From NCBI GenBank assembly GCA_000388065.2, contig KB932202.1: a DNA stretch of 64,000 bases. One strand, given 5' to 3'. The DNA comes from Fonticula alba ATCC 38817 (lineage: Eukaryota; Protista; Nucleariida). The first letter of the stretch is position 1. Every line of letters starts with the position of its first letter. Below the pieces are notes generated by a model. It worked only from the letters and a program-made list of their open reading frames with translations. It was not told the origin of the DNA and searched no databases. The translations under genes were made by a program, and so were the position numbers. Below, one piece after another: positions 1-14,762 of this stretch.

Positions 1-1883
<1,883 letters not shown>

Positions 1884-2532
1884 AGAGGGTTTCCGTCTTG
1901 CCCCTCTCCCTCCCTCTCTCTCTCTCCCTTTCTCTCTCTCCCTCTCGCTCTCTTTCCCTCCTCCATCCCTCCCCCGGGGTGGGGGCTACGCATGCAGGCA
2001 TGCTCGTGAGACCGTCTCCTATAGAAGGAAGAAGAAGCTTGAATTGGAGAATGGCAGGGAGACTGAGAGGTGGGAGCAAGCCCCTTCATTCCTCTGCCCG
2101 CTCTTGGCACACGTCGTCAGCGCCACGCGAGGCAATGCGCGTGGACTGGTCTCTTTCTCTCTCTATCCCTTTCTCTCTCTCTCTCTCTCTCTCATGGCCG
2201 CCTTTGACGCCCTTGCCTTTGCGGCTCTGTTGCTGCTCCTGCTGCTCGAGTGCGATACGCGTGCCTATGCGCCCCCCCCCCCCCCTCCCCCTTTCCCTTC
2301 CCTCCCTTGACGAGACATAGGCTGCTCTAGAAAAAGATGAAAAAAGCAAAGTCGCCTTCGGGCGAGGCCCTCGTCAAAAAAAAGAAAAAAGGGCGAGGGG
2401 ACCCCGCCCACTCTCCAGCTAGTTTGGCAGTCAGTTTTCCTGCTGAGCAGCGCTGACAGAGGCTCGGTGGAAAATGAGTGACGCGCCTGGTCCTTCCCTG
2501 TCTGTCCCCCTCCCTCTCTCATCCGCATACAC

Positions 2533-2533
<1 letters not shown>

Positions 2534-2597
<64 letters not shown>

Positions 2598-2650
2598 ACC
2601 CCCCCCCCCCCCCCGCCCCCCCCCCCCCGCCCCCCCCCCCCCCCCCCCCC
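2534..2650. repeat. Poly-C/poly-G tract of about 115 nt
   Basis: Nearly uninterrupted C run; the true length may be mis-estimated by sequencing. Confidence 0.85.
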
Positions 2651-3226
2651 ACACACACCCACCCACCCACACATGTTCATGCATACCATCCAAGCACATA
2701 TGCGCGCCGCCTGGCCCCGCAGCACGGCCAGCGCGCGCCCGCGCGCGCACCGCGCCAGGCGAGATCAGGGTGGCACGAACAGGGAGCAGGAGGAGCAGGA
2801 ACGCCGGACAGAGCCAAGGTCGGGCAGAGGGGACACAGGGTCCAAAAGGCCAATCCCCCCTGCCTGGGCAGCGAATTGGTCATGCGTGTTTTCCGGAGCA
2901 ACTTCCTGCTACTCGGCCAGGGGGAACAAGGCGGAGAGGAGCATTCCCCGTGCCGGTCGTCGTTTGACGATTCCTCATTTGCCCCCCCCCCCCCGGTCCC
3001 AGGGTGACGGTGGGTGCGGGGGACATAAAGACGCATCTATTGCCAGTGTTCCCGCGTCGGGCAAATATACCCCGTAATGCGCTTCCAGGCCAATACAATG
3101 TGTTTCGTCCTGCTGTTCGCCCTCGGATCAAGAGCGCAACCAGCGGCAGCGGGAGGGGGGGGGGGAACGCACGCGCTACCCCTCCACCAGTGTTGCGCCG
3201 GAGGGGGACCAAAAGGATGCGGCATC

Positions 3227-3230
3227 AAAA
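3227..3230 (-). terminator. Pol III terminator (T4) of tRNA-Ala
   Basis: TTTT on the minus strand 5 nt past the discriminator base. Confidence 0.75.
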
Positions 3231-3235
3231 GGATC

Positions 3236-3308
3236 TGGAGGCGGAGGGTATCGATCCCCCTGCCTGCCGCATGCTAAGCGGCCGCTCTACCATTTGAGCT
3301 ACGCCCCC
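3236..3308 (-). tRNA. tRNA-Ala (anticodon AGC), intronless, 73 nt
   Basis: Reverse complement GGGGGCGTAGCTCAAATGGTAGAGCGGCCGCTTAGCATGCGGCAGGCAGGGGGATCGATACCCTCCGCCTCCA. Acceptor stem GGGGGCG/CGCCTCC with the G3:U70 Ala determinant, anticodon stem GCCGC/GCGGC around TT-AGC-AT, and an ATCG T-loop typical of eukaryotic tRNA-Ala. Confidence 0.97.
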
Positions 3309-3334
3309 ATGGGGAGGGTCGGATTTCTCCGTGA

Positions 3335-3340
3335 TTTAAA
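3335..3340 (-). promoter_or_regulatory. TATA-like element at about -30 of the tRNA gene
   Basis: TTTAAA at -27 to -32 in GC-rich sequence, the position expected for TFIIIB/TBP binding. Confidence 0.4.
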
Positions 3341-4139
3341 GGTTTCACCCAGCACCCACATCACCCGCGGCGAAGTTCGTCAGCCGCGGGTTTCACATGT
3401 GCCCAGGCCCGCCGGACACGGCCGCCCCGAATCAGACCCCGCCAATATGGAAAAGGCCATTCTCCTTTGGGTGCGCCACTGGCGACCGTTAATTGGAAAA
3501 GGGTCGCATGGCACATGATCCAACGCGTCAGGTGCCCGGCCTGTCTGCGGGCCCGAAAGTGAGCAAGCATCTGTCAAGACTCCGCCAAAATGCTGGCTTT
3601 CTTTTTCCGCCAATACTTGGGTTCGCTGTTTCTGCGGCGGGGCATTTTTCTCGTGCCCCGGGGCCATCCTCCCCCTCGATCAGGGCGGGGGATCCATCGC
3701 CGGCGCACGCGACACCCACAATCCCATTTTCGGTGGGCGCCCGCCCGAGATGGGGTTTTTCGTTTTTCGAGGGCGCGACGCCGGCCGTGGTCTTCTTCAC
3801 TCCCCCCCCCCGTCCCCCGGAAGGACTTGTCGGCGCGTCTCGGGCTTGGCAGCGCCCTGAGCCCAGACAGACTGCCCCCGTCCCCGCTCCCCCTCCCCCC
3901 CCCCCGGGCCGACGGTGGCTGCTGAAACGGGAGCCGGACAACTCCCACCGTTTGGGGGGAGGGGGGGCTCTTTCGTTTCCGAGGAGGGGGGGGGCGGGGG
4001 CGCGGGCAAGGGCACCACGCGCTAGCCTTCGGCCCGGACGTCCCTCCCCCGCCTCCCGCGGCCCCAAATGCGCCCCCCCCCCCCTGGGGGGCGCGCGCCC
4101 CCCCCCGCGCGCCGCCGCGCGGCGGGGAGACTCGGATCA

Positions 4140-4177
<38 letters not shown>

Positions 4178-5226
4178 CGGAGGTGCCATTTTTGACGTTG
4201 GCAGCCCCCTCACCAAGTGGCCTTCACCCCTCCCCGCCGAAGTATGCCTCCCGGGCATGGTGATGTGCGCGCTGGGCAGTCAAGCGCCCATATTTCGCCG
4301 GCCGCATCGGCCACCCGCCCTTCGCCGCCTTCGGTCCCGAGGTCTGGCCTGGGTGTTTTGAAGAAGGTCCGCGCGCCCGATCGCGCCTTGGGTGTCACCA
4401 GGCCAAATGGTGCCGGCATAGGGTGTGCTTCGGGGCAGGCAAGGCGGGGGCGTCTTTGCTGAGACCGAGGCCGGGGCTTGCTGTTTAATCTGCCACCAGT
4501 TTTCCAGGGCATGCGGGAATAATTCCCAGGGCCGCGGCGTGCCCTATGGCGCTGTCCGGCCCCGAGCGTACGGATGTCCCCGCCCGCCATGCAGCCATGT
4601 GCATGCTTGCATGTGTGTCTCTCTCTCTCTGTGTGTGTGTGTGTGGTCGAATGGTCCCTGCGCGCCGGGGGTATATCCATCCCGCCTGCTGCCGGGGAGC
4701 ATCGGCCCGCACCCCTCCCCATGCTGGGCGTCCCGTCTGTCCGGCCTCCGCGGGCGCCTGCTCGGACATCGGTCCACATATACGACCGCAAGTGACAGTC
4801 AAACGTTGGCAGCCCCGGGGCCGTTTGATTAACCGCTCGAATGTGACACCCTCGCCTGCTCCCCCGCCCCGCCCCTCGGCCCCTCTCCTGCGGCATGCGC
4901 CCGGCCCTCACCAGCAGTGTTGTGAGCGAGAGCCGCGCAGGCGCGTGTTGTTGCACCGGAGAGCCAGCATGCCAAAAGGCCGAGTGATCGGGCAAGAGCA
5001 ATGTGACAGATGGAGAGGGATGATGGGAGGGGGGGGGGAGGGGGGGGGGCCGGAAGGGTCGCTTTGTTCTTTCGGGCTTTTTTCAAGGCTGGACGTGCCA
5101 CCGCCGCTACTCCTGGACACTGTCCCCGGTCCGGAGGTCGTCGGCCTTCCCGTGCGGGCGATTGCCGCCGTTCCCGGCAGGGGCCCGGCCGCAGGGCGCC
5201 AGGGGGCCTGACAAGTCGGACCTGAC

Positions 5227-5259
<33 letters not shown>

Positions 5260-6569
5260 NNNNNNNNNNNNNNNNNNNNNNNNNNNNNNNNNNNNNNNNN
5301 NNNNNNNNNNNNNNNNNNNNNNNNNNNNCGGCTCCTGCTGTGTGCGTGCGCCGTGCGGGATCTTCCCGCCGGGGGCTGGCAGCGCCGACGCACGCCGGCC
5401 TGCGGGAACGATCAAAGGGGGCACCGGCGGAAGCGCCGCGGGGGTCGGCCGGGCCCCTGGCTCGATCGGCCAGGGTCCGCCCGGCGCGCGCATACACACC
5501 GCTTCGCAAGGCGACCCGCCACGCGCGCGCCGAGCCTTAACACAGCCAGTCACCCTGGGGCCGCCTTTAACCGTGAGATCGTAAACATGTGTACCCCCGG
5601 GCCTGGCAGAACTGCCGAGCTTCGCGCCGGCGGCCCGGCGGGCGTGCGCCCCTGTGCTTGGGCGCGTGTGTGTCCCGGCCGGCCCCCCTCGGCTCCCCTG
5701 CCGGCTTCAACCTGCCAGGAGGCCCGAGTGAAGTGGCCTGCCGCAAGGCCTTAACATGCACTCGACGTCTCCAGCCGTGTCTCTCTGTCCTGCTGCCGCC
5801 CCCCCCCCCCCCCCCCCTGGATGTCGGTGGCCTGGGCGTTTCCCCCTCCCGTGCACCCGAAAGGACGAGCACAGCCGCAGGCAAGCCCGCGCCCCCTGCC
5901 GCAGGGAAGCCACCGCTGCACATGCGCCGGGCCACCTCCTCTCGCATTGCCTTTACACCGCCATCTCACGCGGGCTCATCCTTCCGTTCTCGCAACCCCC
6001 TGGGTCCCAGGCACGCGTGCGATCTGAAGGACATACACACACACACACACACGGGGCCACTCACGAGAATGTCCGCCCCGGAGAAGCCCCATTCCTTGGG
6101 CGCAAATGCGTGGCTGCTGGAATTGAGGCTTTGCCAAGCAAGCCGGGCTCCGTGGTAGATTGCCACATCCACCACATGGCGACTGGAGGTGCCCGGGGGC
6201 GCCGCCGTGTCGGCCTGGTTGTCGCTCTTCGGCGCGCGCACATTCATGCGCCCGGGGGAGGCCCAGCACATGAGCCCCAGCGGCTGGCCTTGCCCCGGCG
6301 GCGTGCGGCGCTCGACCGCCCGACACTTGCATCAATGTGGGCCCGCGGGCTCCTCCCCCCTCTTGCTGGCTGCTGTGCTGCGCTCCCCCGCCCGTCGGTG
6401 GCACGGCCTCGTCGCCACTGCGGCGGACGCCCTTTCCAGCATCCTCGGTCCCTGCGAAAGGCCCGGGCCGCCTGACAAAACAGCCCCTCACCCTGGGGGA
6501 CGCATCGACCGGCACACACACACACACGCACACCTCCAGACTCCTCCCCCTTCCGAGGTAGGGTCTAGG

Positions 6570-6602
<33 letters not shown>

Positions 6603-9600
6603 TGCCCGCTCGCCATAATAAAAGCCCAGCCGACCGGCGCCACCGCCACCGCTGCGAGGGTGCAAACTTCTTGCCCAGGCTCCCCCCATGGGGCGGAGCG
6701 AAGCACCGAGTCAAGAGTGATGGCTCTGTTTGCCTGCTCCCCATCAGCCAGACACCGGCGGCCCGGGCTTGGCCGGCCGCATGGGCCACCGCCAGCATGC
6801 ATGCGAGGGCGGGGGGGGGGGGCGCCTTGATCGGCCGGGCCGGCGAGCACCGCCCGGCCAGCCGGGCCTCGCGCGAGTGGCGGCACCCGAGCATGCCCGG
6901 CCCCCTCATGCGCCCCGGGGCTCGATGTCCCGGAACTTGTCCTTTCCGGGGCAGTCTTAATCAAGGCAGCGCGCGCGAGGGCGTTGTGCCTCTCGTGGCC
7001 GCCGCCCTCGGTGTGCCTTCGCGGCTCTCGGACCCCGGCCCGGAGGCCCCGCTCCAGATGACTCAGCAGCACGATCACGCTCCAATTTGTGGCTCTCCCC
7101 GCCTCCCCGCTGGACGCCACTCTGAAGGCCCAGCGGCTGGCGTGCTCCACATACACGGGCGATGGCAGGGGCGCCGCCAGCAATATGGCCTGGCCGGTGG
7201 GTAAACAACAAACAACAAACACTAATGTCCCAATCACCGGTTGCTGGCTCCGCCCATCGGTGACGCCATGGCCGGCGGACATGGCCCGGGCCCAGAGAGT
7301 GCACTCGAAGAGGCTCGCGAACGAATGCGTGGGCGACCTTATCCCCGGGCGTGTGGGCTGCCCCCCGCCCCCCCCCCGCCCCCCCCCCCCCCCCTCCGCC
7401 CCCTTCCGCTGTGGCCGATCAGCGCTCCGGAGGCGGAGGGGAGCGTGCACGGCGAGGTCGTCGATCACGGCGCACATGCCGTGTCCCCCCGGGCCCTGCG
7501 TGCCCCCCGGGCCGAGCAGCGGACCCAGGGGTTGGGGGCCGAGGCCAGGGAATCGCAAGCCGGCGGCCTCAGGCCCCCCCCCCGGACCCAGAGACCGCCC
7601 CAGGCGGGGACCCCTCATGGGCAGTAAAGCACGCGCACACAGGGCCCGGGGCGTGAGTGCCCCTGTTGTCTGGCGCCGGCGGCCGATTTCGGTTGCCGCC
7701 ACCTATACGCCCGGCCCGAGGCCCTGCTATCAGCGCGGAGGGTACACCGGCCGGGGCCGGGGCCGGGGCCGGGGCCGGGCACAAGCCGCCTGCACCTCCG
7801 TGCACCGAGATCTGCCGGTGCCCATGTTTCCATTGCTCTCGCTTTCTCTCGGGGTCTTCCTCGCAGTCCCGAGATGTTTTTTTTTTTTTCTTCGACCCGG
7901 ACGGTGGCCAGCTCGCGTGCCCCTCCCCGGGGACCCTTTGACACACTCCGGCCATAGCCATTGGAGCGGCGGCTGCCACCCTCGCCGGTGCTGCCATCCC
8001 AATGAGAAGGGCTTAATTGCTTCTCGGCCCCCCCCCCCCCCCCCCCAGCGAGGACACAGACATCCATGCAGGCAGAGCACCAGGTAGGGAGCGAGCGAGG
8101 GACACGCACATGACAGGCAGGATTGCAGCGACNNNNNNNNNNNNNNNNNNNNNNNNNNNNNNNNNNNNNNNNNNNNNNNNNNNNNNNNNNNNNNNNNNNN
8201 NNNNNNNNNNNNNNNNNNNNNNNNNNNNNNNNNNNNNNNNNNNNNNNNNNNNNNNNNNNNNNNNNNNNNNNNNNNNNNNNNNNNNNNNNNNNNNNNNNNN
8301 NNNNNNNNNNNNNNNNNNNNNNNNNNNNNNNNNNNNNNNNNNNNNNNNNNNNNNNNNNNNNNNNNNNNNNNNNNNNNNNNNNNNNNNNNNNNNNNNNNNN
8401 NNNNNNNNNNNNNNNNNCCCCCCGCCCCCCCCCGCCCCTCTCCTGCTCTCCCCTCCCCTGAAAGAGGGAGAGAGGTGCTCAGCGCTCGGGGTTGGGGGTA
8501 GGACCGACGGGAGCTTGTTTCAGATCCCCTTCCGCGGTGATTGGCCGATCGAGGCCTTCAAGGGAAAAAGGGTCGCCTGTGGCTTTATAGACACATCGGC
8601 CCTTTCATGATCTGCTCCCCGGGCTCGCCTCCTCGGGCCCAGGGGCGGATCTGTCAAAGACCCACAATTCCGGAACGTGAGCCTCTGGCCCCTGGCGATC
8701 CGGCCCGAAGGTCCTCGGCCACCGCTGCTGCCGCCCGCCCGGCGGCCTGCCGCTGCGGCTGCTGCCTCCCTTCGCCGAGGCCCCCCTCCCCCCGCCGGTG
8801 GACCTTTAGACTACCCCCGCGCCGGCCGCCCTGCGGACGGGGGCCTCGGCCAGCCCGGTCGTGAGCCCCTCGCGTGCCGTAAGCGCCTGTACACTTTGGC
8901 AGTTCTAACATCAGAAGTGAGTGGATTCCCCGCCCAGGGGGGGAGGGGGCGAGCCGGCGATGGGCCAAAAGGGGTCAGCCACCCGTGAGCACCATTCTCC
9001 ATCAGTATGCGGGCGTAGATCGAAGANNNNNNNNNNNNNNNNNNNNNNNNNNNNNNNNNNNNNNNNNNNNNNNNNNNNNNNNNNNNNNNNNNNNNNNNNN
9101 NNNNNNNNNNNNNNNNNNNNNNNNNNNNNNNNNNNNNNNNNNNNNNNNNNNNNNNNNNNNNNNNNNNNNNNNNNNNNNNNNNNNNNNNNNNNNNNNNNNN
9201 NNNNNNNNNNNNNNNNNNNNNNNNNNNNNNNNNNNNNNNNNNNNNNNNNNNNNNNNNNNNNNNNNNNNNNNNNNNNNNNNNNNNNNNNNNNNNNNNNNNN
9301 NNNNNNNNNNNNNNNNNNNNNNNNNNNNNNNNNNNNNNNNNNNNNNNNNNNNNNNNNNNNNNNNNNNNNNNNNNNNNNNNNNNNNNNNNNNNNNNNNNNN
9401 NNNNNNNNNNNNNNNNNNNNNNNNNNNNNNNNNNNNNNNNNNNNNNNNNNNNNNNNNNNNNNNNNNNNNNNNNNNNNNNNNNNNNNNNNNNNNNNNNNNN
9501 NNNNNNNNNNNNNNNNNNNNNNNNNNNNNNNNNNNNNNNNNNNNNNNNNNNNNNNNNNNNNNNNNNNNNNNNNNNNNNNNNNNNNNNNNNNNNNNNNNNN

Positions 9601-10478
9601 NNNNNNNNNNNNNNNNNNNNNNNNNNNNNNNNNNNNNNNNNNNNNNNNNNNNNNNNNNNNNNNNNNNNNNNNNNNNNNNNNNNNNNNNNNNNNNNNNNNN
9701 NNNNNNNNNNNNNNNNNNNNNNNNNNNNNNNNNNNNNNNNNNNNNNNNNNNNNNNNNNNNNNNNNNNNNNNNNNNNNNNNNNNNNNNNNNNNNNNNNNNN
9801 NNNNNNNNNNNNNNNNNNNNNNNNNNNNNNNNNNNNNNNNNNNNNNNNNNNNNNNNNNNNNNNNNNNNNNNNNNNNNNNNNNNNNNNNNNNNNNNNNNNN
9901 NNNNNNNNNNCCCCTCCCCTCCTCTGCCCCCAGCCCACAGCCCTTCTCCCTCCCCGCCCCCGGAGCACACCCAATTGAAGCAGCCCCACGATTGCGCACC
10001 CGGCCTGCCTTCCTCTCTGTCCCCCAGCCCGCTTGCCTCCTCCTCTCGCTGCGTAGCTCGCGACACCTCCCCCTCTCCCTCCCCCCTCTGGTGCGGCCAT
10101 ACGCCCGCATCGCCTTCTCTTGGCCCCTTCCCGCGCCCCGCCTGTCCCCTCGCTGCTCAGCTTTTGCCCCGTGCACCTGGAGCCCCAGTGCCCGAGAGCC
10201 CGATGCCCCTGCCAGGTGTCAACAGCCTGCGTAGCACCCTGAACCGGCTGCTGGCCGCCGAGCCCACCACCGAGCCGAAGCCCGCCCCAGCGACATTGGC
10301 CGCCCGCTCGGAGCACCTCAGACCGGCTGCCCCCTCCCCGGAGGCCGATGTGCTGTCCCGCGGCGACATGGGGTTCATCGGCCCGAACGCACGAGAGGCA
10401 GCTCTTTTCCATCGGCCGCCGGCCGGTGGTGGCATCGGCGGCAGCGGCGGCCACAGCGGCGGCGGCGGTGGCGGCGGC

Positions 10479-10509
<31 letters not shown>

Positions 10510-10974
10510 AGGTGGTTCTTGTCCCCCCAAGCGCGGCCTTGCGTGACTGCTGAATGTGCGAGCGCCGCCGCCCGTCCCTCCCATCCGCACCCCTCCCCCT
10601 CTCTCCCCTCCCCCTCCGAACTGCACTCGCACATGTATACACGCGCGCAAGTGTGCCCAAAGATCTCTCTGTGTCCGCTTGTGTGTGTGTGTGTGTGTGT
10701 CTGTGTGTGAATACTGGATGCGCGTGCGCACATTTGCCCGATACATGCCGGGATGGGCCGCAATGAAGCCGAGGGCCTGGTCACCAGCTGCCGGACCCTC
10801 TGGTCTGAGCGGCCCTCCGATGGGTGAATGCGCGCGCGCCCGCCCGCCGGTAGCCCCGCCTCCCCCTCCCTCCTCCATTCCTCGCCGCCGACCGCCGAGC
10901 CCCATCTCCCGGAGTGGGCTACCAGCGAGCCGTCCCACGAGCAGGGTCTCCAGGCCAGCTCCCACTGCTGGCCC

Positions 10975-11016
<42 letters not shown>

Positions 11017-11207
11017 TCAATAGGGCTTTCCCTCCCTGTCCTCCCTCCCCCTCTCCCCCNNNNNNNNNNNNNNNNNNNNNNNNNNNNNNNNNNNNNNNNN
11101 NNNNNNNNNNNNNNNNNNNNNNNNNNNNNNNNNNNNNNNNNNNNNNNNNNNNNNNNNNNNNNNNNNNNNCCCTGGCCCCCGGTGCACATTGTGTCCCCTT
11201 GACCAAG

Positions 11208-13895
11208 GCAGTCGGCATGACGCAATCGCCGAACTTCCTGCTCGACGCCGCCCCGGCTCGGGAGCTGCCCCTGGCACTCGATCGGGGGGGTTCTCCCCGG
11301 CGAGGCCCCCCCTGCCCGGGATCGGCCGACGACCGGGCCACCGGCGAGGCCGCTCCGGGCGGGACAGCTCGCGATCCGCCCCAATGGTGGCCCGGGGGCG
11401 GCCTCAGCCACCAGCAGCTCCACTCCATCTTGGACACCATGTCCTCGGATGTGGCGAGCAGCGACTGGAGCCTGCGTGCCTGCTGGCTGTTGAAGTCCCA
11501 CGCGGCGGCCGGCATGCGGCCCGACGGGGAGGATGACCACGCGTCCCCCGGCCAGGCCGTCGACGAGGCCGACCCGGCTCACGCCCAGGACCCGGGCACC
11601 CTGGGGGACCTCCTGCCCCGGTATTGGAGTGAGCGCTATTTGGCTCGGCTGGTGGACCAGCATCGCCGGGTGTTGGAGCGCAGCCAGCGCCTCCTAACCC
11701 AGGTCCTTTGGGCACAGCGCCCGGCCGCCGCCGGGCCCTGGGGCAGCCTGGCGGCCCCCCCGGCCTCGGGCCTGTACCTGGGGGGGGGCCCGGTCGACTG
11801 GCCGACCGGCCCGGGGTCCAGCCTGGCCGACGCGGCCTGCGGCCTGAAGCGCCGGCGGTCGTCCCTTTTAGCCCTCGGGACCCCGTCATCCGGCAGCAGC
11901 CCGCCCCTGCCCGCGGCCGCCGCCGCGGCCGCCGCCGCCGCCGCCACCGCCGAAGGTGCGCCGGACTCGGGGCCGCACCTCGCGCAGTCGGCCCCCCTCG
12001 GGGCAGACCACCCGACCAGCCCGGTGGCCAAGCGCCCGAAGACCCTGTACGTTGCTCGTGGCCCGGCCGCCGAATGTGGCCGCCCGCCGGAAGGGCCGCC
12101 CCCGCCCCATGGCCCGCGCGCCGGCGCCCCTTTGCGGCCTTTTGCGCTATGTTCTGGCCCCCCCCCCCCCCTTGCTGCACCTCTCGGTGTTTGCTGACCT
12201 TCGGCGAGCCGATGGGCTTTTTTTTTCTTTTGGCAGCCCCCCGGCCGTCACGCCGCCGCGACCACCACGCCCGGGCAGCCCCGATGACCTGGCCGGCCGG
12301 AGCCCCGCCACGGCCGACGATGCGCCGGAGCCGGCGGCTCAGGACCCCCTGGCCTGTGGCGGCGCGCGGCCGGCCGGGCCCGGGCCCGGGCGCATGCGCC
12401 GGGGCGGGCGCTTCGGCCGCAACGTCGTCTTCGAGATCGCCAACACCAACACCTTCGACAAGTATTGCGACGAAAAGCGCATGGAGGAGATCCTCCGCCG
12501 GCGGTCCGGGCGATCGGCCGAAGCGCGGAGCCCCGGGCCCGGCGGGCCGGCCAACGGCGGGCCCGGGCAGGGGTGCCCCTCGCGCGTGCCGCCCCCCCAT
12601 GCGGCCGCCTGGGCCACAAGCCGGGCCTCTCTCACGGCAGCAGCCCTGGCCGGCCCGGCCACGACCCTGCCAAGCTCGCTGCTCGGCGAGGGGCCCACCG
12701 TAGCCGAGGAAGGCTCCGACATTCAGCCCCTCGGGCCGGGCGACGAGTTCCCGGCCTTTGACCCCGGCTCCGCCAGCAGTGCCAAGCACCACCCAGCTCG
12801 GGAGCCGCCCTCGGGCCCGGCCGGCCCGCCCAAGCAGCCGGCTGCCGGCGAGACGATGGCCAGCCCCGAGGGCGGCCCCGGCGCGGCGGCCTCGCCCCTG
12901 GGAGCACTCGCCATACGCGACGGCCCGCCAGCCCGGGATGCCCCCTTCACCAGCATCGGCGACTTGATTTCCGGTTGTCTGGCGGCCGCGCCGCCCCCGG
13001 CCCCCGGCTCCCGACGCATGTCGGCCCCCTGCCCCAGCACCAGCTCCATCGCCGGGCCGCCGTCGGTGGCTGCCACGATGGCGGCCGCCGCCGCGGCCTC
13101 GCCCGCCCGGCGCCGGCGTCGGTCTTCCGGACTCGTAGAGGGAGCAGCCGGCCCCGCGGCCGGATTGGCAGGCCTGTCCGCCGGGCCCCTGGCCGCCTCG
13201 CCCGGCCAGCATCATGCCACCGGGGGGCTGTCTCTTGGCGGCACCCCCGCCGGCGGCAGCCCGGCAAGTGAGTTTTTCCTCTCGCGGCTGGCGGCCACCA
13301 CCGCCGGCGCCGCGGCCGGGGGCATGCCGAGCTCGCGCCGCGGCTCCGCCCCCGTCGGCTCCATCGATCTCGGCATGGGCCCCGGCGCCAAGTTGGCGGA
13401 CCTCCTCATCGCCGGCGACCGCCAGCACTTGCAACCGGCCGCGAAGCACATTCCCTCCCCATCGAGCACGGCTCCCATGCGGGCGGACCCGCGCGAAATG
13501 CCCGCCGCCCCGGGCTCCGCCTCGCCGGGCGTGCAGGCGCCCCGCCCCGGGCCGACCGGCGGCGTGGCCCGGCCCTCGGTGGCCGGGTCGGGCGGCGTGG
13601 TGCTGGTCGCGCCGCAGTGGCACACCGGCAGCCCCGCCTCGCCAGCCGCACCGGCCTCGGGCCTGCCGGTGCCAACTCAGCAGCAGCCCCGGCTGCCGCA
13701 CCTGCCGCAGCCGCCCGTGCCCGTGGCGCACGACACGACGGACACCGCCGGGGCAGCCGGGGCCGACCCGCGGACAGCCCTCCCGGGGATGGGGGCCTCC
13801 CAGCGCCGGGCCCGGCCGGGTCCGGCACTGCCCCGCGAGGACACGCCTCCGGCAGGCCAGGGCCCGGTGATGCAGGTGCACGGGAACCCCTTCTC

Positions 13896-13935
<40 letters not shown>

Positions 13936-14121
13936 ATTCCTCAGGCCTCCCTGAGGGCCTCTATTTTTTCCCCCCACCCGGGGCCTTCACATTTTCCGCG
14001 AGGCTCGACGTTCCCGGCAGCCTCGACGACCTCGATGGCGGACCCAACCACCGGTCCCTCGACCGCTGCACCATACCTGCTTCACCTGCAGCAGTCTCTG
14101 CAACAGCAGCATCAGCAGCAT

Positions 14122-14195
<74 letters not shown>

Positions 14196-14762
14196 CCAGC
14201 CACACATCCAGGCTGGTCCTTTTGACGATTTTCCTCCCGCGGGAACGGCTCACCCCTTCGAGCGGCACTTCCACCCCGCCCCCACGGAGACAGGGGCCTC
14301 GGCGCAATTGACCCTGACAGCGGCGGACCCACACCCGGCCGCGTCTTCCCAACCGGGGCCCCATCGCGAAGCCGGCGGCTCGATGGCGACCGGCAGCAAC
14401 ACCGGCAGCAGCACTGCGGCGCCGGCCAGCCAGCCGGGCTCCGCGCCTCCGAGACCGTCGACTGCGGCGGCGGCGGCCGCCGCGGCCGCCGCCCGGCGCC
14501 GGGCCAATCTTCCCCGCTCCTCGGTCAAGGTGCTGAAGGACTGGCTTTTCGAGAACGCGGCCCGGCCGTACCCGACTGAGCGTGATAAGCAGCAGCTGCT
14601 CGATCGCACCGGGCTGACGCTGGAGCAGCTGAACAACTGGTTCATCAATGCTCGGCGGCGACTTCTCCGGCCCCTGGCCGCTGACGCCGGCGCTACCGCG
14701 ACCGCGCCCGCGACCGGCAGCGGCGGGCTGAACTCCTCCTGTGCAAGCTCCTCGACCTCATC
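11208..14762 (+). CDS. TALE-class homeodomain transcription factor (exons about 11208-12046 and 12237 to the gap at 14763; 5' exons and stop uncertain)
   Basis: RRRANLPRSSVKVLKDWLFENAARPYPTERDKQQLLDRTGLTLEQLNNWFINARRRLLRP at 14494-14673 has the PYP loop and WFINARRR (Ile50). Donor GTACGT 12047, branch CTGAC near 12194 and acceptor ending 12236 join in frame. Poly-Q and poly-A tracts. Candidate ATG at 11217. Confidence 0.92.

Noticed and set aside
3363-3391. 9-bp GC hairpin upstream of tRNA-Ala
   Set aside because: Such stems are expected by chance at this GC content; no RNA family features.
7753-7776. (GGGGCC)4 and the many poly-G/C tracts as G-quadruplex elements
   Set aside because: Simple repeats are ubiquitous here and homopolymer lengths are unreliable; nothing specific supports a function.
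10203-10553. Gly-rich ORF (MPLPGVNSLRSTLNRLLAAEP…) as first exon of the homeobox gene
   Set aside because: Plausible, but it ends in a stop, I found no convincing in-frame donor, and a gap at 11060-11169 prevents linking it.
8811-13881. Long minus-strand ORFs (8811-11663, 11404-13881) and similar ones over the golgin (54574-56055, 55091-57019)
   Set aside because: Antisense shadows of GC-rich coding sequence, or frames running through N gaps; no domain signal.
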